64,000 nt of DNA from an uncultured delta proteobacterium. Its GTDB lineage: Bacteria > Myxococcota_A > UBA9160 > SMWR01. The notes beneath the pieces were generated by a model, which worked only from the letters and a program-made list of their open reading frames with translations, was not told the origin of the DNA and did not search any database. The position numbers were made by a program, and so were the translations under genes. The DNA lies in contig CAWHTE010000003.1 of NCBI GenBank assembly GCA_963832165.1, positions 384,001 through 448,000 on the forward strand, read 5' to 3'. Numbering within the stretch: position 1 is the stretch's first letter; every line of letters begins with the position of its first letter. Below are positions 31,199 through 42,423 of this stretch, one piece after another.

Positions 31199-32176
31199 GT
31201 GAGCCGCTGAGCGCGCGAGGAGAGCCCGTGCGGCCGCGGCCGCCCACGCCGCCCCCGAACGGGGGACTGCCGAAGCGCGGCCTCTCCGATCTGCAGACGC
31301 GCCTGCTCACCGCGTCGGTCCTCGTGCCGTACGTACTGTTCGCGATCGCGCAGGGCGGGTTCTGGGTGCTCGGCACGGTCGTCGTGGTGGTACTGCTCGG
31401 CGCAGCGCGAGTTCTACGGCCTGATCGAGGACAAAGGCGCCCACCCGATCATCGGATTCGGCCTGGCCGCGGGTGTGGCGCTGCAGGTCGTCGCCTATCT
31501 CGGCAACGAGTACCACGTCACGATCCTCATGACCGTGGCGCTGCTCGTCGTGATGATCGCGCAGCTCGGACGCGCGCAGATCGCCGAGGCGCTCGCGAGC
31601 ATCTCGGGGACGTTCTTCGGGATCTTCTACATCGGCTGGCTGCTCTCGCATGCGATCGTGCTGCGCGAGTTCCACCGCGTGATCGTGATGCGCTACCGCC
31701 CCGAGGACGCGCTCGCGGCGGGAGTCACGCCCGAGTCGGGCGCGTTCCTGCTCACGTTCACGCTCGCGGTCGTGGTGTGGAGCGACGCGGGCGCCTATTT
31801 CGCCGGCCGCGCCTACGGCGAGCGCAAGCTCGCGCCGCGGATCAGCCCCGGAAAGACCGTCGAGGGCGCGATCGGCGGCGTGCTCGGCGGGACGATCGTC
31901 GGCCTGATCTTCAAGGCGATCTTCGATTTCTTCTGGCCCGATCTCTCGGCGATCATGGGCTGGGGTCTCGCGATCCTGTTCGGGCTGATCCTGTCGGTGG
32001 CGGCGATCGTCGGCGACCTGATCGAGTCGCTGCTCAAGCGCGACGCGCAGGTCAAGGACGCCGGCGCGATGCTGCCGGGGATGGGCGGTATCCTCGACCG
32101 GATCGACTCGCCGCTGCTCGCGATTCCCGTGATGTACTACATGATGCTATTCACGGTGTTCCTGCGGCTCGAGTGA
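31195..32176 (+). CDS. cdsA: Phosphatidate cytidylyltransferase (apparent +1 frameshift near 31399)
   Basis: [44 protein letters not shown]-terminal half lies in another frame. Confidence 0.88.
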
Positions 32177-32201
32177 CGTCGGGATGGAGCAAGTCGTCAG
32201 G

Positions 32202-32228
32202 CGCGCAGCGAGGCGAAGCCGAGCGAAG
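32202..32228 (+). repeat. GA-hairpin dispersed repeat, copy 4 (compensatory variant)
   Basis: CGCGCAGCGAGGC-GAA-GCCGAGCGAAG. Confidence 0.75.
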
Positions 32229-32239
32229 GATCAAAAGAC

Positions 32240-33559
32240 GTGATCGAGCGCTACTCACGGCCCGAGATGGTCCGGATCTTCTCCGAAGAGGGGAAGTACG
32301 CGCGCTGGCTCGAGGTGGAGCTCGCGGTGTGCGAGGTGCACGCAGAACGCGGTTTGATCCCGCCCGCGGCGCTCGCGACGATCCGGGCCAAGGCCGCGGT
32401 CGATCCGGCGCGCGTCGCCGAGATCGAGGAGCGCGTGCGGCACGACGTGATCGCGTTCACGACCGCGCTCGCGGAGCAGATCGGCCCCGACTCGCGCTAC
32501 GTGCACTACGGACTCACGTCGAGCGACGTGCTCGACACCGCGCTCGCGCTCCAGATCCGCGATGCGGGGCGGATCCTCGCCGACGGGGTGGAGCGCCTGC
32601 GCCGCGTGCTCGTGCGGCGCGCGCGCGAGTTCCAGCACACACCGTGCATCGGCCGCACCCACGGCGTCCACGCCGAGCCCACCACGTTCGGCCTCAAGCT
32701 GCTCGTGTTCGGCGAGGAGATGCGCCGCCAGGGCGTGCGGCTCGGGCGCGCTCTCGATGACGCGGCGGTGGGGAAGATCTCGGGCGCCGTCGGCACGTTC
32801 GCGCACCTGCCGCCCGCGGTGGAGGAGGCGGTGTGCAGCCGACTCGGGATCGGCTTCGAGCCGGCCGCCACCCAGGTGGTGCAGCGCGACCGGCACGCCG
32901 CCTTCATGGGCGCGCTCGCGCTGTGCGCATCCACGTGCGAGAAGATCGCCGTCGAGTTGCGCCATCTCGCGCGCACCGAGGTGCGCGAGGTGCAGGAGGA
33001 GTTCGGCGCCGGGCAGAAGGGCTCGTCGGCAATGCCGCACAAGCGCAACCCGTGGCGGCTCGAGAACGTCTCCGGGCTCGCGCGCGTGATGCGCGGTTAT
33101 GCGTCGGCCGCGCTCGAGAACCAGGCGCTCTGGCACGAGCGCGACATCAGCAACTCGTCGGTGGAGCGCGTGATCTTCCCCGACGGGTGCGTCACGCTCG
33201 ACTTCATGCTCCACCGGCTCGCCGGGCTCGTGGAGACGCTCGTGGTGTTCCCGGATCGCATGCGCGAGAACCTCGAGCTCACGCGCGGGCTTGCGTTCAG
33301 CGGTGCGCTGCTGCTCGCACTCGCGGCGAAGAACCTGACCCGCGAGGACGCGTACGCGCGCGTGCAGAAGCACGCGATGGACACCTGGGACCACGGCGGA
33401 GACTTCCGCGAGCGCGTGCTCGCGGACGCGGAGATCACGCGCGTGCTCAGCAAAGAGGAGATCGAGCGCGCGTTCAGTCTCGACGAGGCGCTGCGCCACG
33501 TCGACGCCATCTTCGAGCGCACGCTCGCGCTCGCCGCATCCGAAGAGGAGAGTTCGTGA
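32240..33559 (+). CDS. purB: Adenylosuccinate lyase
   Basis: MIERYSRPEM, RHDVIAF, GRTHGVHAEP, GSSAMPHKRNP. Confidence 0.96.
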   Translation: MIERYSRPEMVRIFSEEGKYARWLEVELAVCEVHAERGLIPPAALATIRAKAAVDPARVAEIEERVRHDVIAFTTALAEQIGPDSRYVHYGLTSSDVLDTALALQIRDAGRILADGVERLRRVLVRRAREFQHTPCIGRTHGVHAEPTTFGLKLLVFGEEMRRQGVRLGRALDDAAVGKISGAVGTFAHLPPAVEEAVCSRLGIGFEPAATQVVQRDRHAAFMGALALCASTCEKIAVELRHLARTEVREVQEEFGAGQKGSSAMPHKRNPWRLENVSGLARVMRGYASAALENQALWHERDISNSSVERVIFPDGCVTLDFMLHRLAGLVETLVVFPDRMRENLELTRGLAFSGALLLALAAKNLTREDAYARVQKHAMDTWDHGGDFRERVLADAEITRVLSKEEIERAFSLDEALRHVDAIFERTLALAASEEESS

Positions 33560-33801
33560 AGGCGCTGGTCCAGGTGATGCTGAAACCCGACGTGCTCGAT
33601 CCGCAGGGCAAGGCGATCCGCTCCGCGTGCGGTCAGCTCGGCTACCGCGCGATCGAGAGCGTGCGTCAGGGGAAGCTGTTCGAGATCGCGCTCGATGCGA
33701 GCTCCGAGGCCGAGGCGCGCCGCCTGCTCGAGGAGCTCGCGGGGAAGCTGCTCGCGAACCCCGTGATCGAGGACTACGCGATCCTCTCGATCGAGGCCTG
33801 A
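33556..33801 (+). CDS. purS: FGAM synthase subunit PurS
   Basis: [27 protein letters not shown]. Confidence 0.95.
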   Translation: MKALVQVMLKPDVLDPQGKAIRSACGQLGYRAIESVRQGKLFEIALDASSEAEARRLLEELAGKLLANPVIEDYAILSIEA

Positions 33802-33808
33802 GGGACGC

Positions 33809-34775
33809 CTACGCGATCCCCAGATTGCGCGCGATCCGGCGCTGCGGGTCCTCGGTGTCGGGCTCGAAATCGCGCCCGGTGATCTGCTCGTACGCCTCGA
33901 TGTAGCGCCGCGACGCCTCGCAGCGCACGTCGGTCGGCAGCTCCGGCGGCGGGCCGTCGCCCTTGTAGCCCTTCTCTCCGAGCCAGCGCCGCACGTACTC
34001 CTTGTCGAGCGCTTCGGGGGCGCGTCCCTCGGAGAGCGCGCGCTCGTAGCGGTCGCGGTACCAGTAGCGCGACGAGTCGGGAGTATGGATCTCGTCGACG
34101 ACGACGAGCGTTCCGTCGGGGCGCTGCGCGATCTCGTACTTGGTGTCGACGAGGATCAGCCCGCGGCTCGCAGCCCAGCGCTGTCCCTCGGCGAACAGCG
34201 CGTGACACAAGCGCGCGGCCGCGTCGAAGGTCTCCGCGCTGAGCGTGCCGCTCGCGATGATCGAATCGCGCGAGGCGAGCTCGTCGTGCTCACCCTTGGG
34301 CGCCTTCGTGGTGGGCGTGAGCAGCGGCTCGGGCAGCGACTCGTGCGCGCGCAGTCCCTCGGGCAGCGTGTGGCCGCAGTAGCTGCGCTCGCCGCGCGCG
34401 TAGGCGGTCCAGATCGAGGTGCTTCGTGGATCCGGTCAGGTAGCCGCGCATCACGAACTCGACCAGCAGCGGCCGCAGCTCGTGCACGATCGAGACGCAC
34501 GGGTCCGGCACCGAGATCAGGTGGTTCGGCGCGATCGCGCGCGTGCGGTCGAACCAGAACGCCGCGAGCTGGTTCAGCACCTGGCCCTTGAACGGCAGCG
34601 TGCCGACCACGACGTCGAAGCAGCTCACGCGGTCGGTCACGACGATCGTGCGGCGGTCGCGCTGCACGTAGCTGTCGCGGACCTTGCCCTCTTCGCGCTG
34701 GCCCAGCGCGGTGAAGTTCGTCTGCGTGAGGGTGCGCGAACACTGGTCGCGCAGCAGTCGCGGGTCGGTGCCCAT
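33809..34775 (-). CDS. purC: SAICAR synthase (apparent +1 frameshift at 34423-34424)
   Basis: [31 protein letters not shown] before the shift; [26 protein letters not shown] after it. Confidence 0.9.
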
Positions 34776-34863
34776 GGGGGGAGCCTCGATTTGGGGCGGC
34801 GCGAGCCGGCTCTCTGAGTTGCGACCCCACGCCCGGGGGGTGTCTCGATGCTACAAAGCCCCG

Positions 34864-36517
34864 ATGCGCGCCGCACGCAGGCTGCCGATCGCGCTCGCCG
34901 TCGGTTTTCAACTGCTGTTTTTCGTCTCGGTGTTCGCGGGTCTCGGCGCGCCGCTCTTGTGGCAGGACGAGGCCGAGACGGCGATGTTCGGCCGAAGCGT
35001 GCTCGAGTTCGGCGTGCCGAAGATCCACGTCGGCCGCAACGTGCTCTACGGCGCGCCGCTGCCGCTCGAGCTCGGGCGCAACGAGGCGCTCGACGCCTAC
35101 GTCGGATCGCCGTGGGGCCAGTACTTCTTCGCGGCGCCCGCGGTCGCGTGGTCGGACGGGGCGACGGATCTCGCGACGCGCACCTGGCGCGTGCGCCTTC
35201 CGTTCGCGATCGCGGGCTGGCTCGGCGTGGTGATGCTCGGCGCCGTCGCTGCGAGCGTGTGGCCCGCCGCCGCGGGCGGGCGCGCGTGGTTCTGGCTCGG
35301 CTTCGGCGCGTGCCTCGTCTCGTCGGTCTCGCTCCAGCTCCATCTGCGCGAGGTCCGCTACTACCCGCTGGTCGTCTTCGCGCTCGGCGTGGTCGCGCAG
35401 CTCGAGGTGCGGCGCCACGTGCGCGGCGACCTGCCGCCGCTGCGCCACACGCTGCTGCTCGCTCCGGTGCTCTGGTGTCTCTTCGAGCTCTTCTACCCCG
35501 CGTTCGCGGCGGTGGGGGCGGTAGCGGGCGGCGCGCTCGGGTTCTCCTCTGGCGTTCGCGCGCGCCGCTGCGCCTGCGCAGCATCCGCCTTCGCGCGCGG
35601 CGCCGCTCCCTACGTGCTCGCGTGTGCGGCCGCGCTGCCGCTCGTCGCGCTGTTCCAGATCCCTGCGCAGAGCCGCTCGTTCTTCGAGTACTTCGCGGGG
35701 CCGGCCTCAGCGTTCGGGCATCAGCTCGCGTCCGCGGGGTTCTATCTGCTGCGATACGAGTTCTTCGCCCCCGTCGTGCTGGGTGCGCTCGCGCTCGCGC
35801 TCGCTCGCCGCCAGCTCGGGGCCGACGCGCGCGATCTGCGTTCCGCGTTCGCGGCGTGCGATCTCGTGCTGGCGCTCGCGCTGATCTGGACGCTCGTGAT
35901 CGCGCGCACGCCGCTGTTCTTCTCGCGCTATCTGGTGCCGCTCTCGCCGCTGCTCGCCGCTGCGTGCGTGCTCCAGGTGGGTTGTCTCGTCGCGCTGCGC
36001 CGCACCCACACCGCGCGCACGGCCACGGCCGGACTCGTTGCGGTGGCGCTGGCATGGGCCGCCTGCGCCGCGGTGCGCGTTCCCGAGCTGCGCGGCCGTC
36101 TCGGCGAACTGCGCGAGCCCTACCGCGGTCCGCTCGACCATGTGATCCCGTACCTCGCAACAGCAGCAAGGCCCCGCGAAGCTCGTGATCGCGACCAACT
36201 ACGAGGACTTCTCGTACATGTTCTATCTCGGGGCGACGACCGTGTTCGGCTATTACGCGCCCGAGCGCGAGCGCGACCTCACGTTCGTTCCCGACGTGAT
36301 CATCCCGCGGCCATGGCCGCGGAACCTGCGCGCGCTCGAGCATCTTGCGAGCCAGAGCTCCTACGCGCCGCGCGGATTTCCGGTCGCGAACACGCGCGTC
36401 AACAACCTGCCCGAGCTGTCCCCGCGCAATCAGGCCCAGCTCGTCCACCGCTTCCGCTCTCCGGAGCCCGGCGTGGACGGCGCGGCCCTCTTGATCGGCG
36501 AGCGGCAAAAGCCTTGA
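34864..36517 (+). CDS. Multi-pass GT-C-like (ArnT/PMT-type) membrane protein (apparent +1 frameshift at 36172-36175)
   Basis: LWQDEAET acidic motif after the first TM helix, many TM helices; C-terminal soluble part in the +1 frame (36185-36517 ORF). Confidence 0.6.
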
Positions 36518-36619
36518 GCGGGTAGACTCCGCGCGTCCCCGCACAGCCGTATTTTTCTCCTTGCTCGAGCGGGCGGCCCCCCGCCGCCGGACGCGCCTGC
36601 GTTCGAGGATTCCGCCGCA

Positions 36620-37319
36620 ATGTTCTCCGTCATCCAATTGCCGGGGTCGAACGACGACCGCGACCTCCGCTTCGCCCTGAAGTCGGTGCTCGGAGCGGAA
36701 GCGCGCCTGGTCTGGCACAAGGAGCCCGCGCTGCCCGCGGACACCGCGGGCGTGCTGGTTCCGGGCGGCTTCTCGTATGGCGATTACCTGCGCTGTGGTG
36801 CGATGGCGCGCTTCTCGCCGATCATGGCCGACGTCCGGCGCTTCGCCGACGCGGGCGGGCCCGTCCTCGGGATCTGCAACGGCTTCCAGATCCTGTGCGA
36901 GGCGGGGCTGTTGCCCGGGGCGCTCGTGCGCAACCACCACCTCCATTTCGTATGCGACTTCGTGAGGGTTCGCGTCGAGCACGCGCGCGCTCCATTCACC
37001 TCGCGCGCCGCGGTGGGCCGCGTGCTGCGCCTGCCGATCAAGCATGGCGAGGGCGCGTACCATGCCTCGCCCGAGCGGCTCGCCGAACTCGAGCGCCGCG
37101 GGCAGGTGGTGCTGCGCTACGTCGACGCGGCAGGGCAGGCCACCGAGGCGGCGAATCCCAACGGCAGCCTCGCGAACATCGCGGGCGTCACCAATGAGCG
37201 CGGCAACGTGATGGGCCTGATGCCACACCCCGAGCACGCGGTCGAGCCGGGCGTCGGCGGCGAGGACGGCCAGGCACTGCTCGGCTCGCTCGTCGACTTC
37301 TGCCGGAGGGCAGCAGTGA
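36620..37319 (+). CDS. purQ: FGAM synthase glutaminase subunit PurQ (reads through into purL as sequenced)
   Basis: [36 protein letters not shown]. Confidence 0.93.
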
Positions 37320-39565
37320 AGGAGATCGTCGAACCGCGCGTCGATCTCGCGCTCGCGCGCGAGCACGGCCTCACCGACGCCGAGTACGCGCAGGTCGAGC
37401 GGATCCTCGGCCGCACGCCGACCTACTCCGAGCTCGGGATCTTCTCGGTGATGTGGTCGGAGCACTGCTCGTACAAGTCGAGCAAGAAGTACCTGAAGCG
37501 CCTCCCCACGCAGGGTCCGCAGGTTCTCCAGGGGCCCGGCGAGAACGCGGGCGTGGTGGCGATCGGCGACGGGCTCGCGGTCGTGTTCAAGATCGAGAGC
37601 CACAACCATCCCTCGTTCATCGAGCCGCGCCAGGGAGCGGCCACGGGCGTCGGCGGCATCCTGCGCGACGTATTCACGATGGGCGCGCGCCCGATCGCAT
37701 CGCTCGACTCGCTGCGCTTCGGCCCGCTCGACGATCCGCTGCACCAGTACCTGTTGCGCGGCGTGGTGGATGGGATCGGTGGCTACGGCAATCCCGTCGG
37801 CGTTGCGACCGTGGGCGGCGAGACGACGTTCCACGAGTGCTACCGCGGCAACATCCTCGTCAACGCGTTCAACCTCGGCGTGGTCGAAACCGACCGCGTG
37901 TTCCTCGCCAAGGCCGCCGGCATCGGCAACCCGGTGATCTACGTCGGCAGCAAGACCGGCCGCGACGGGATCCACGGCGCGAGCCTGCTCGCGTCGGCCG
38001 AGTTCGACGACGAGAGCGAGGCGAAGCGGCCGACCGTGCAGGTCGGCGATCCGTTCACGGAGAAGTGCCTGATCGAGGCGTGTCTCGAGCTCATGCGCAC
38101 CGACGCGATCATCGGCATCCAGGACATGGGCGCCGCGGGGCTCACCTGCTCGTCGTTCGAGATGGCGAGCAACGCGGGCACCGGCATCGAGCTCGATCTC
38201 GATCGCGTTCCGCAGCGCGAAACCGGCATGACTCCGTACGAGCTGCTGCTCTCGGAGAGCCAGGAGCGCATGCTGCTCGTCGCGCACGCGGGCCGCGAGC
38301 GCGAGGTCCAGGAGATCTTCGAGCGCTGGGACCTCGACGCGGTGGTGGTCGGGCGCGTCACCGACGACGGCCGCATGCGGATCCGCTGGCACGGTCATCA
38401 GGTGGTGGACATCCCGGTCGCGCCGGTCGCCGGCTCGAGCCCGGAGCTCGATCGGCCCGTGCGCGAGCCCGCCGATCGGCTCGAGCGCCAGAAGCTCGAC
38501 GCGGCCGGAATCGCGCCCGAAGCCGACCTGCCGGGCGCGCTGCGCGCTCTGCTCGACACGCCGAACCTCGGCTCGAAGCGCTGGCTCTACCGGCAATACG
38601 ATCAGCTCGTGCAGGGCAACACCGTGATCGGGCCCGGCGGCGACGCGGCGCTCGTGCGCATCAAACGCGAGGACGGCACTGCGACGGACAAGGCCGTGGC
38701 GCTGTCGGTCGACTGCAATCCGCGCTGGTGCTGGCTCGATCCGTACGCGGGCACGGTCGCGGCGGTGGCCGAGGCCGTGCGCAACGTCGCGTGCACGGGG
38801 GCGCGCCCGCTCGCGCTCACGAACTGCCTGAATTTCGGCAGCCCCGAGCGGCCCGAGATCATGTGGGAGTTCGCAGAGGCGACGCGCGGGCTCGGCGACG
38901 CGGCCAGCGCGCTCGGTACGCCCGTCGTGTCGGGAAACGTCTCGTTCTACAACGAGACGAAGGGCACGGCGATCTATCCGACGCCGACGATCGCCGCGGT
39001 GGGCGTGCTCGAAGACTGGCGCCGCCACGCCACCGCGCACTTCGCGACGTCCGGTACCGCGGTGGTGCTGCTGGGCGAGAGCCGCGCGGAGCTCGGCGGC
39101 AGCGAATGGCTGGTGGTGCGGCGCGGACTCGAGCGCGGCGTGCCGCCCGAGGTGGACCTCGATCACGAGCGGCGCCTCGCGGATCTGCTCGTGGAAGGCG
39201 TCGCGGCGGGTCTCGTCGCGACCGCCCACGACGTCTCCGACGGCGGCCTCGCGGTGGCGCTCGCGGAGTGCTGCTTCACGGGACCCGAGCACGTCGGCGC
39301 GCGCATCGAGCTCGTCGACTCGCTGCGACCCGACGCGCTCGTGTTCGGAGAGTCGACCGGGCGCGTGATCGCGGCGACGTCGGACGCGCCGCGCCTGCTC
39401 GCGCTCGCGGCCCGCCACGGCATAAGGGCGTGTCGGGTCGGGACCACGGGCGGTGATCGGCTGCGGATCGGACCGCCGGGCGAGCAGCCCTGGATCGACG
39501 AGTCGGTCGGTGCGCTGCACGCGCTCTGGTCGGGCGCTATTCCGCGGCGCCTGCGAGAGGGGTGA
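37316..39565 (+). CDS. purL: FGAM synthase subunit PurL
   Basis: [43 protein letters not shown]; own GGAGG RBS and GTG. Confidence 0.95.
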   Translation: MKEIVEPRVDLALAREHGLTDAEYAQVERILGRTPTYSELGIFSVMWSEHCSYKSSKKYLKRLPTQGPQVLQGPGENAGVVAIGDGLAVVFKIESHNHPSFIEPRQGAATGVGGILRDVFTMGARPIASLDSLRFGPLDDPLHQYLLRGVVDGIGGYGNPVGVATVGGETTFHECYRGNILVNAFNLGVVETDRVFLAKAAGIGNPVIYVGSKTGRDGIHGASLLASAEFDDESEAKRPTVQVGDPFTEKCLIEACLELMRTDAIIGIQDMGAAGLTCSSFEMASNAGTGIELDLDRVPQRETGMTPYELLLSESQERMLLVAHAGREREVQEIFERWDLDAVVVGRVTDDGRMRIRWHGHQVVDIPVAPVAGSSPELDRPVREPADRLERQKLDAAGIAPEADLPGALRALLDTPNLGSKRWLYRQYDQLVQGNTVIGPGGDAALVRIKREDGTATDKAVALSVDCNPRWCWLDPYAGTVAAVAEAVRNVACTGARPLALTNCLNFGSPERPEIMWEFAEATRGLGDAASALGTPVVSGNVSFYNETKGTAIYPTPTIAAVGVLEDWRRHATAHFATSGTAVVLLGESRAELGGSEWLVVRRGLERGVPPEVDLDHERRLADLLVEGVAAGLVATAHDVSDGGLAVALAECCFTGPEHVGARIELVDSLRPDALVFGESTGRVIAATSDAPRLLALAARHGIRACRVGTTGGDRLRIGPPGEQPWIDESVGALHALWSGAIPRRLREG

Positions 39566-39569
39566 TCCT

Positions 39570-41042
39570 GTGACAGAGATGACACGCGAAGAGCTCGCGA
39601 TGCTCGTGGAGGCGCATCTCGACGACCACTTCCACGACGAGTGCGGTGTGGTCGGCGTGTACGGCCACCCCGAGGCGGCCAAGATCGCGTACCTCGGGCT
39701 GTACGCGCTGCAGCACCGCGGCCAGGAGAGCGCCGGCATCGTCTCGAATCCGGGCGCGCATCGGCCTCAGGCCGTGCACCGCGGCATGGGCCTGGTCGCC
39801 GACGTATTCCACGAGCGGATCCTCGAGGAGCTCGAGGGCCGCAACGCGATCGGGCATGTGCGCTATTCGACCGCAGGGGGCAGCTCGCTCGTCAACGCGC
39901 AGCCGTTCTGCGCCACCACCGACGCGGGGCCGATCGCGATCGCGCACAACGGCAACCTCGTCAACTTCCTGCCGATCCGGCGCGAGCTCGAGGCGCGCGG
40001 CGCGATCTTCTCGACCACGGCCGACAGCGAGGTGATCGTGCAGCTGCTGGCGCGCTCGCGCGAGCAGCTGCCCGAGGAGCGGCTGATCGACGCGCTCTCG
40101 CGCCTGAAGGGCGCATGGAGCCTCGTGATGATGGCCGGCGACGCGATGATCGCGGCGCGCGATCCGCGCGGCTTCCGGCCGCTCTCGCTCGGTCGGCTCG
40201 AGGGTGGCTGGGTGTTCGCGAGCGAGACCTGTGCGCTCGACCTGATCGGCGCGACCCACGAGCGCGACGTCGAGCCGGGCGAGGTGGTGGTGATCCGGCG
40301 CGGGCGGCTGCGCAGCCTGCGCCCGTTCCGCGCCGAGCGCGAGACGTTCTGCATCTTCGAGCACATCTACTTCGCGCGGCCCGACTCGAACCTGAACGGA
40401 CACAACGTGTACGAGTTCCGCAAGGAGCTCGGCCGCACGCTCGCGCGAGAGCATCCCGTGGCCGCCGACGTGGTGGTGCCCGTGCTCGACTCGGGCAACT
40501 TCGCGGCGCTCGGCTTCGCCGAGGAATCCGGGATCCCGTACGAGCAGGCACTGATCCGCAACCACTACGTGCGGCGGACGTTCATCGAGCCCACGCAGTC
40601 GATCCGCCACTTCGGCGTCAAGGTGAAGCACAACGCGGTGCGCGGAGCGCTCGAGGGAAAGCGCGTCGTGCTGGTCGACGATTCGATCGTGCGCGGCACC
40701 ACGCTCACGAAGATCGTGAACATGATCCGCGCCGCGGGCGCGCGCGAGGTGCACCTGCGGGTCTCCTCGCCGCCCACGATCGGCCCGTGCCACTACGGCA
40801 TCGATACGCCGACGCGCGAGGAGCTGATCGCGCACCAGCACAGCACCGAAGAGATCCGCGCGATCATGGGCGCCGATTCGCTCGGCTACCTCACGCTCGA
40901 GGGACTGCGCCGCTGCGGAACGCGCCTCAAGCACGGCTTCTGCGACGCGTGCTTCTCCGACGAGTACCCGGTGGAGCCCGCCGAGGAGGGGCCGACTCCG
41001 CAGCTCTCGCTGTTCCGGCCGGTGGGCCCCGACGATGTCTGA
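39570..41042 (+). CDS. purF: Amidophosphoribosyltransferase (propeptide, Fe-S type)
   Basis: HDE|CGVVG, LQHRGQESAG, VLVDDSIVRGTT, C.YGIDTP, FCDACF. Confidence 0.96.
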   Translation: MTEMTREELAMLVEAHLDDHFHDECGVVGVYGHPEAAKIAYLGLYALQHRGQESAGIVSNPGAHRPQAVHRGMGLVADVFHERILEELEGRNAIGHVRYSTAGGSSLVNAQPFCATTDAGPIAIAHNGNLVNFLPIRRELEARGAIFSTTADSEVIVQLLARSREQLPEERLIDALSRLKGAWSLVMMAGDAMIAARDPRGFRPLSLGRLEGGWVFASETCALDLIGATHERDVEPGEVVVIRRGRLRSLRPFRAERETFCIFEHIYFARPDSNLNGHNVYEFRKELGRTLAREHPVAADVVVPVLDSGNFAALGFAEESGIPYEQALIRNHYVRRTFIEPTQSIRHFGVKVKHNAVRGALEGKRVVLVDDSIVRGTTLTKIVNMIRAAGAREVHLRVSSPPTIGPCHYGIDTPTREELIAHQHSTEEIRAIMGADSLGYLTLEGLRRCGTRLKHGFCDACFSDEYPVEPAEEGPTPQLSLFRPVGPDDV

Positions 41043-42423
41043 GCCGGGGCGAGGTCGGCTCGACCTCGCGGACCTCGCACGCGCCGCAGGCGAGGGGAAC
41101 ATCCACACGGTCGTCACCGCGCTGCCGGACCTGTTCGGCCGGCTCGTGGGCAAGCGGATCAACGTGCGCTTCTTCCTCGACACGATCGCCGAGGGCGGCA
41201 TGCACGTGTGCGACTACCTGCTCGCGTGCGACATGGAGATGGATCCCACTCCCGGCTACGCGTTCGCGAACTGGGAGAGCGGCTACGGCGACCTCCACCT
41301 GGTGCCCGACCTCGGCACGCTGCGGCGCGCGGCCTGGCTCGAGGGGACCGCGATCGTGCTCTGCGACGCGTTCGCGGAGGACGGCACGCCGACCGAAATC
41401 TCGCCGCGTCGGATCCTGCAGCGGCAGCTCGAGCGGCTAGCGCAGCGCGGCCTCGTCGCGAAGATGGGCAGCGAGCTCGAGTTCTTCCTGCTGCGCGACG
41501 ACTACGCGGGCGCGGCCGCTAAAGGCTATCGCCATCTCGTGCCGACCCAGCACTACGTCGAGGACTACCACATCCTGTCGAGCACGCGCGTCGAGGACGT
41601 GATCGGCGCGATCCGCGCCCACGCCGACGCGTCGGCGATCGACGTCGAGTTCAGCAAGGGCGAGTGGGGGCCCGGGCAGCACGAGATCAACCTGCGCTAC
41701 GCCGAGGCACTCGAGATGGCCGACCGCCACGTGCTGTACAAGCTCGCGGCGAAGGAGATCGCGGCGCAGGCGGGTCGCGCGCTCACGTTCATGGCGAAAT
41801 ACGACGAGTCGCTCGCGGGCAGCAGCCTGCACGTGCACTCGAGCCTGTGGACGGAAGGCGATCGAAGCGCGTTCGCGGGCGACCGCCCGCTCGCGGGCAC
41901 GCGCGTGACCAGCTCGGACGCGTTCCGCCACTTCCTGGGTGGCCAGCTCGCGCACGCGCGCGAGGTGGCGCTCTTGTTCGCGCCCAATCCGAACTCCTAC
42001 AAGCGCTATCGCGCCGGCACGTTTGCGCCCACGCGGATCGCCTGGAGCTACGACAACCGCACGGTCGGATTCCGCGTGGTGGGCGAGGACGCCTCGCTGC
42101 GCGTCGAGTGCCGGATTCCGGGTGCCGACGCGAATCCCTATCTCGTGTACGCGGGGCTGCTCGCCGCGGGGATCGACGGGATCGAGAACGGGATCGAGCC
42201 GGGGCCCGCGTTCGCGGGCGACGCCTATGGCTCACAGGATCTGCCCCAGGTGCCCGGCACATTGCCCGAGGCCGCGCGCGCCTTCGAGGAGAGTCCGTTC
42301 GTGCGCCGCGCGTTCGGCGACGCGGTGACCGAACATCTGCTCCACTTCGCGCGCACCGAGCAGCGCCAGATCGACACGCGCGTCTCCGACGTGGAGCGCG
42401 CGCGCTATTTCGAGAGGATCTGA
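41035..42423 (+). CDS. Glutamine synthetase-like gamma-glutamyl-amide ligase (GlnA4/PuuA-like)
   Basis: GRLVGKR, GYGD, ELEFFL, GEWGPGQHEIN, NSYKR, DNRT, ECRIPGADANPY. Confidence 0.88.
   Translation: MSEPGRGRLDLADLARAAGEGNIHTVVTALPDLFGRLVGKRINVRFFLDTIAEGGMHVCDYLLACDMEMDPTPGYAFANWESGYGDLHLVPDLGTLRRAAWLEGTAIVLCDAFAEDGTPTEISPRRILQRQLERLAQRGLVAKMGSELEFFLLRDDYAGAAAKGYRHLVPTQHYVEDYHILSSTRVEDVIGAIRAHADASAIDVEFSKGEWGPGQHEINLRYAEALEMADRHVLYKLAAKEIAAQAGRALTFMAKYDESLAGSSLHVHSSLWTEGDRSAFAGDRPLAGTRVTSSDAFRHFLGGQLAHAREVALLFAPNPNSYKRYRAGTFAPTRIAWSYDNRTVGFRVVGEDASLRVECRIPGADANPYLVYAGLLAAGIDGIENGIEPGPAFAGDAYGSQDLPQVPGTLPEAARAFEESPFVRRAFGDAVTEHLLHFARTEQRQIDTRVSDVERARYFERI

Noticed and set aside
31195..34775. 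cdsA and purC as pseudogenes or programmed frameshifts
   Set aside because: Single clean +1 breaks without decay or slippery heptamers; same pattern recurs across the window, pointing to assembly error
34637..39739. 1700-aa minus-strand ORF and many other long overlapping ORFs (e.g. 10792-13182, 59169-62114)
   Set aside because: Antisense or off-frame shadows of well-supported genes; stop codons are scarce in high-GC DNA and the translations are Arg/Ala-rich without motifs
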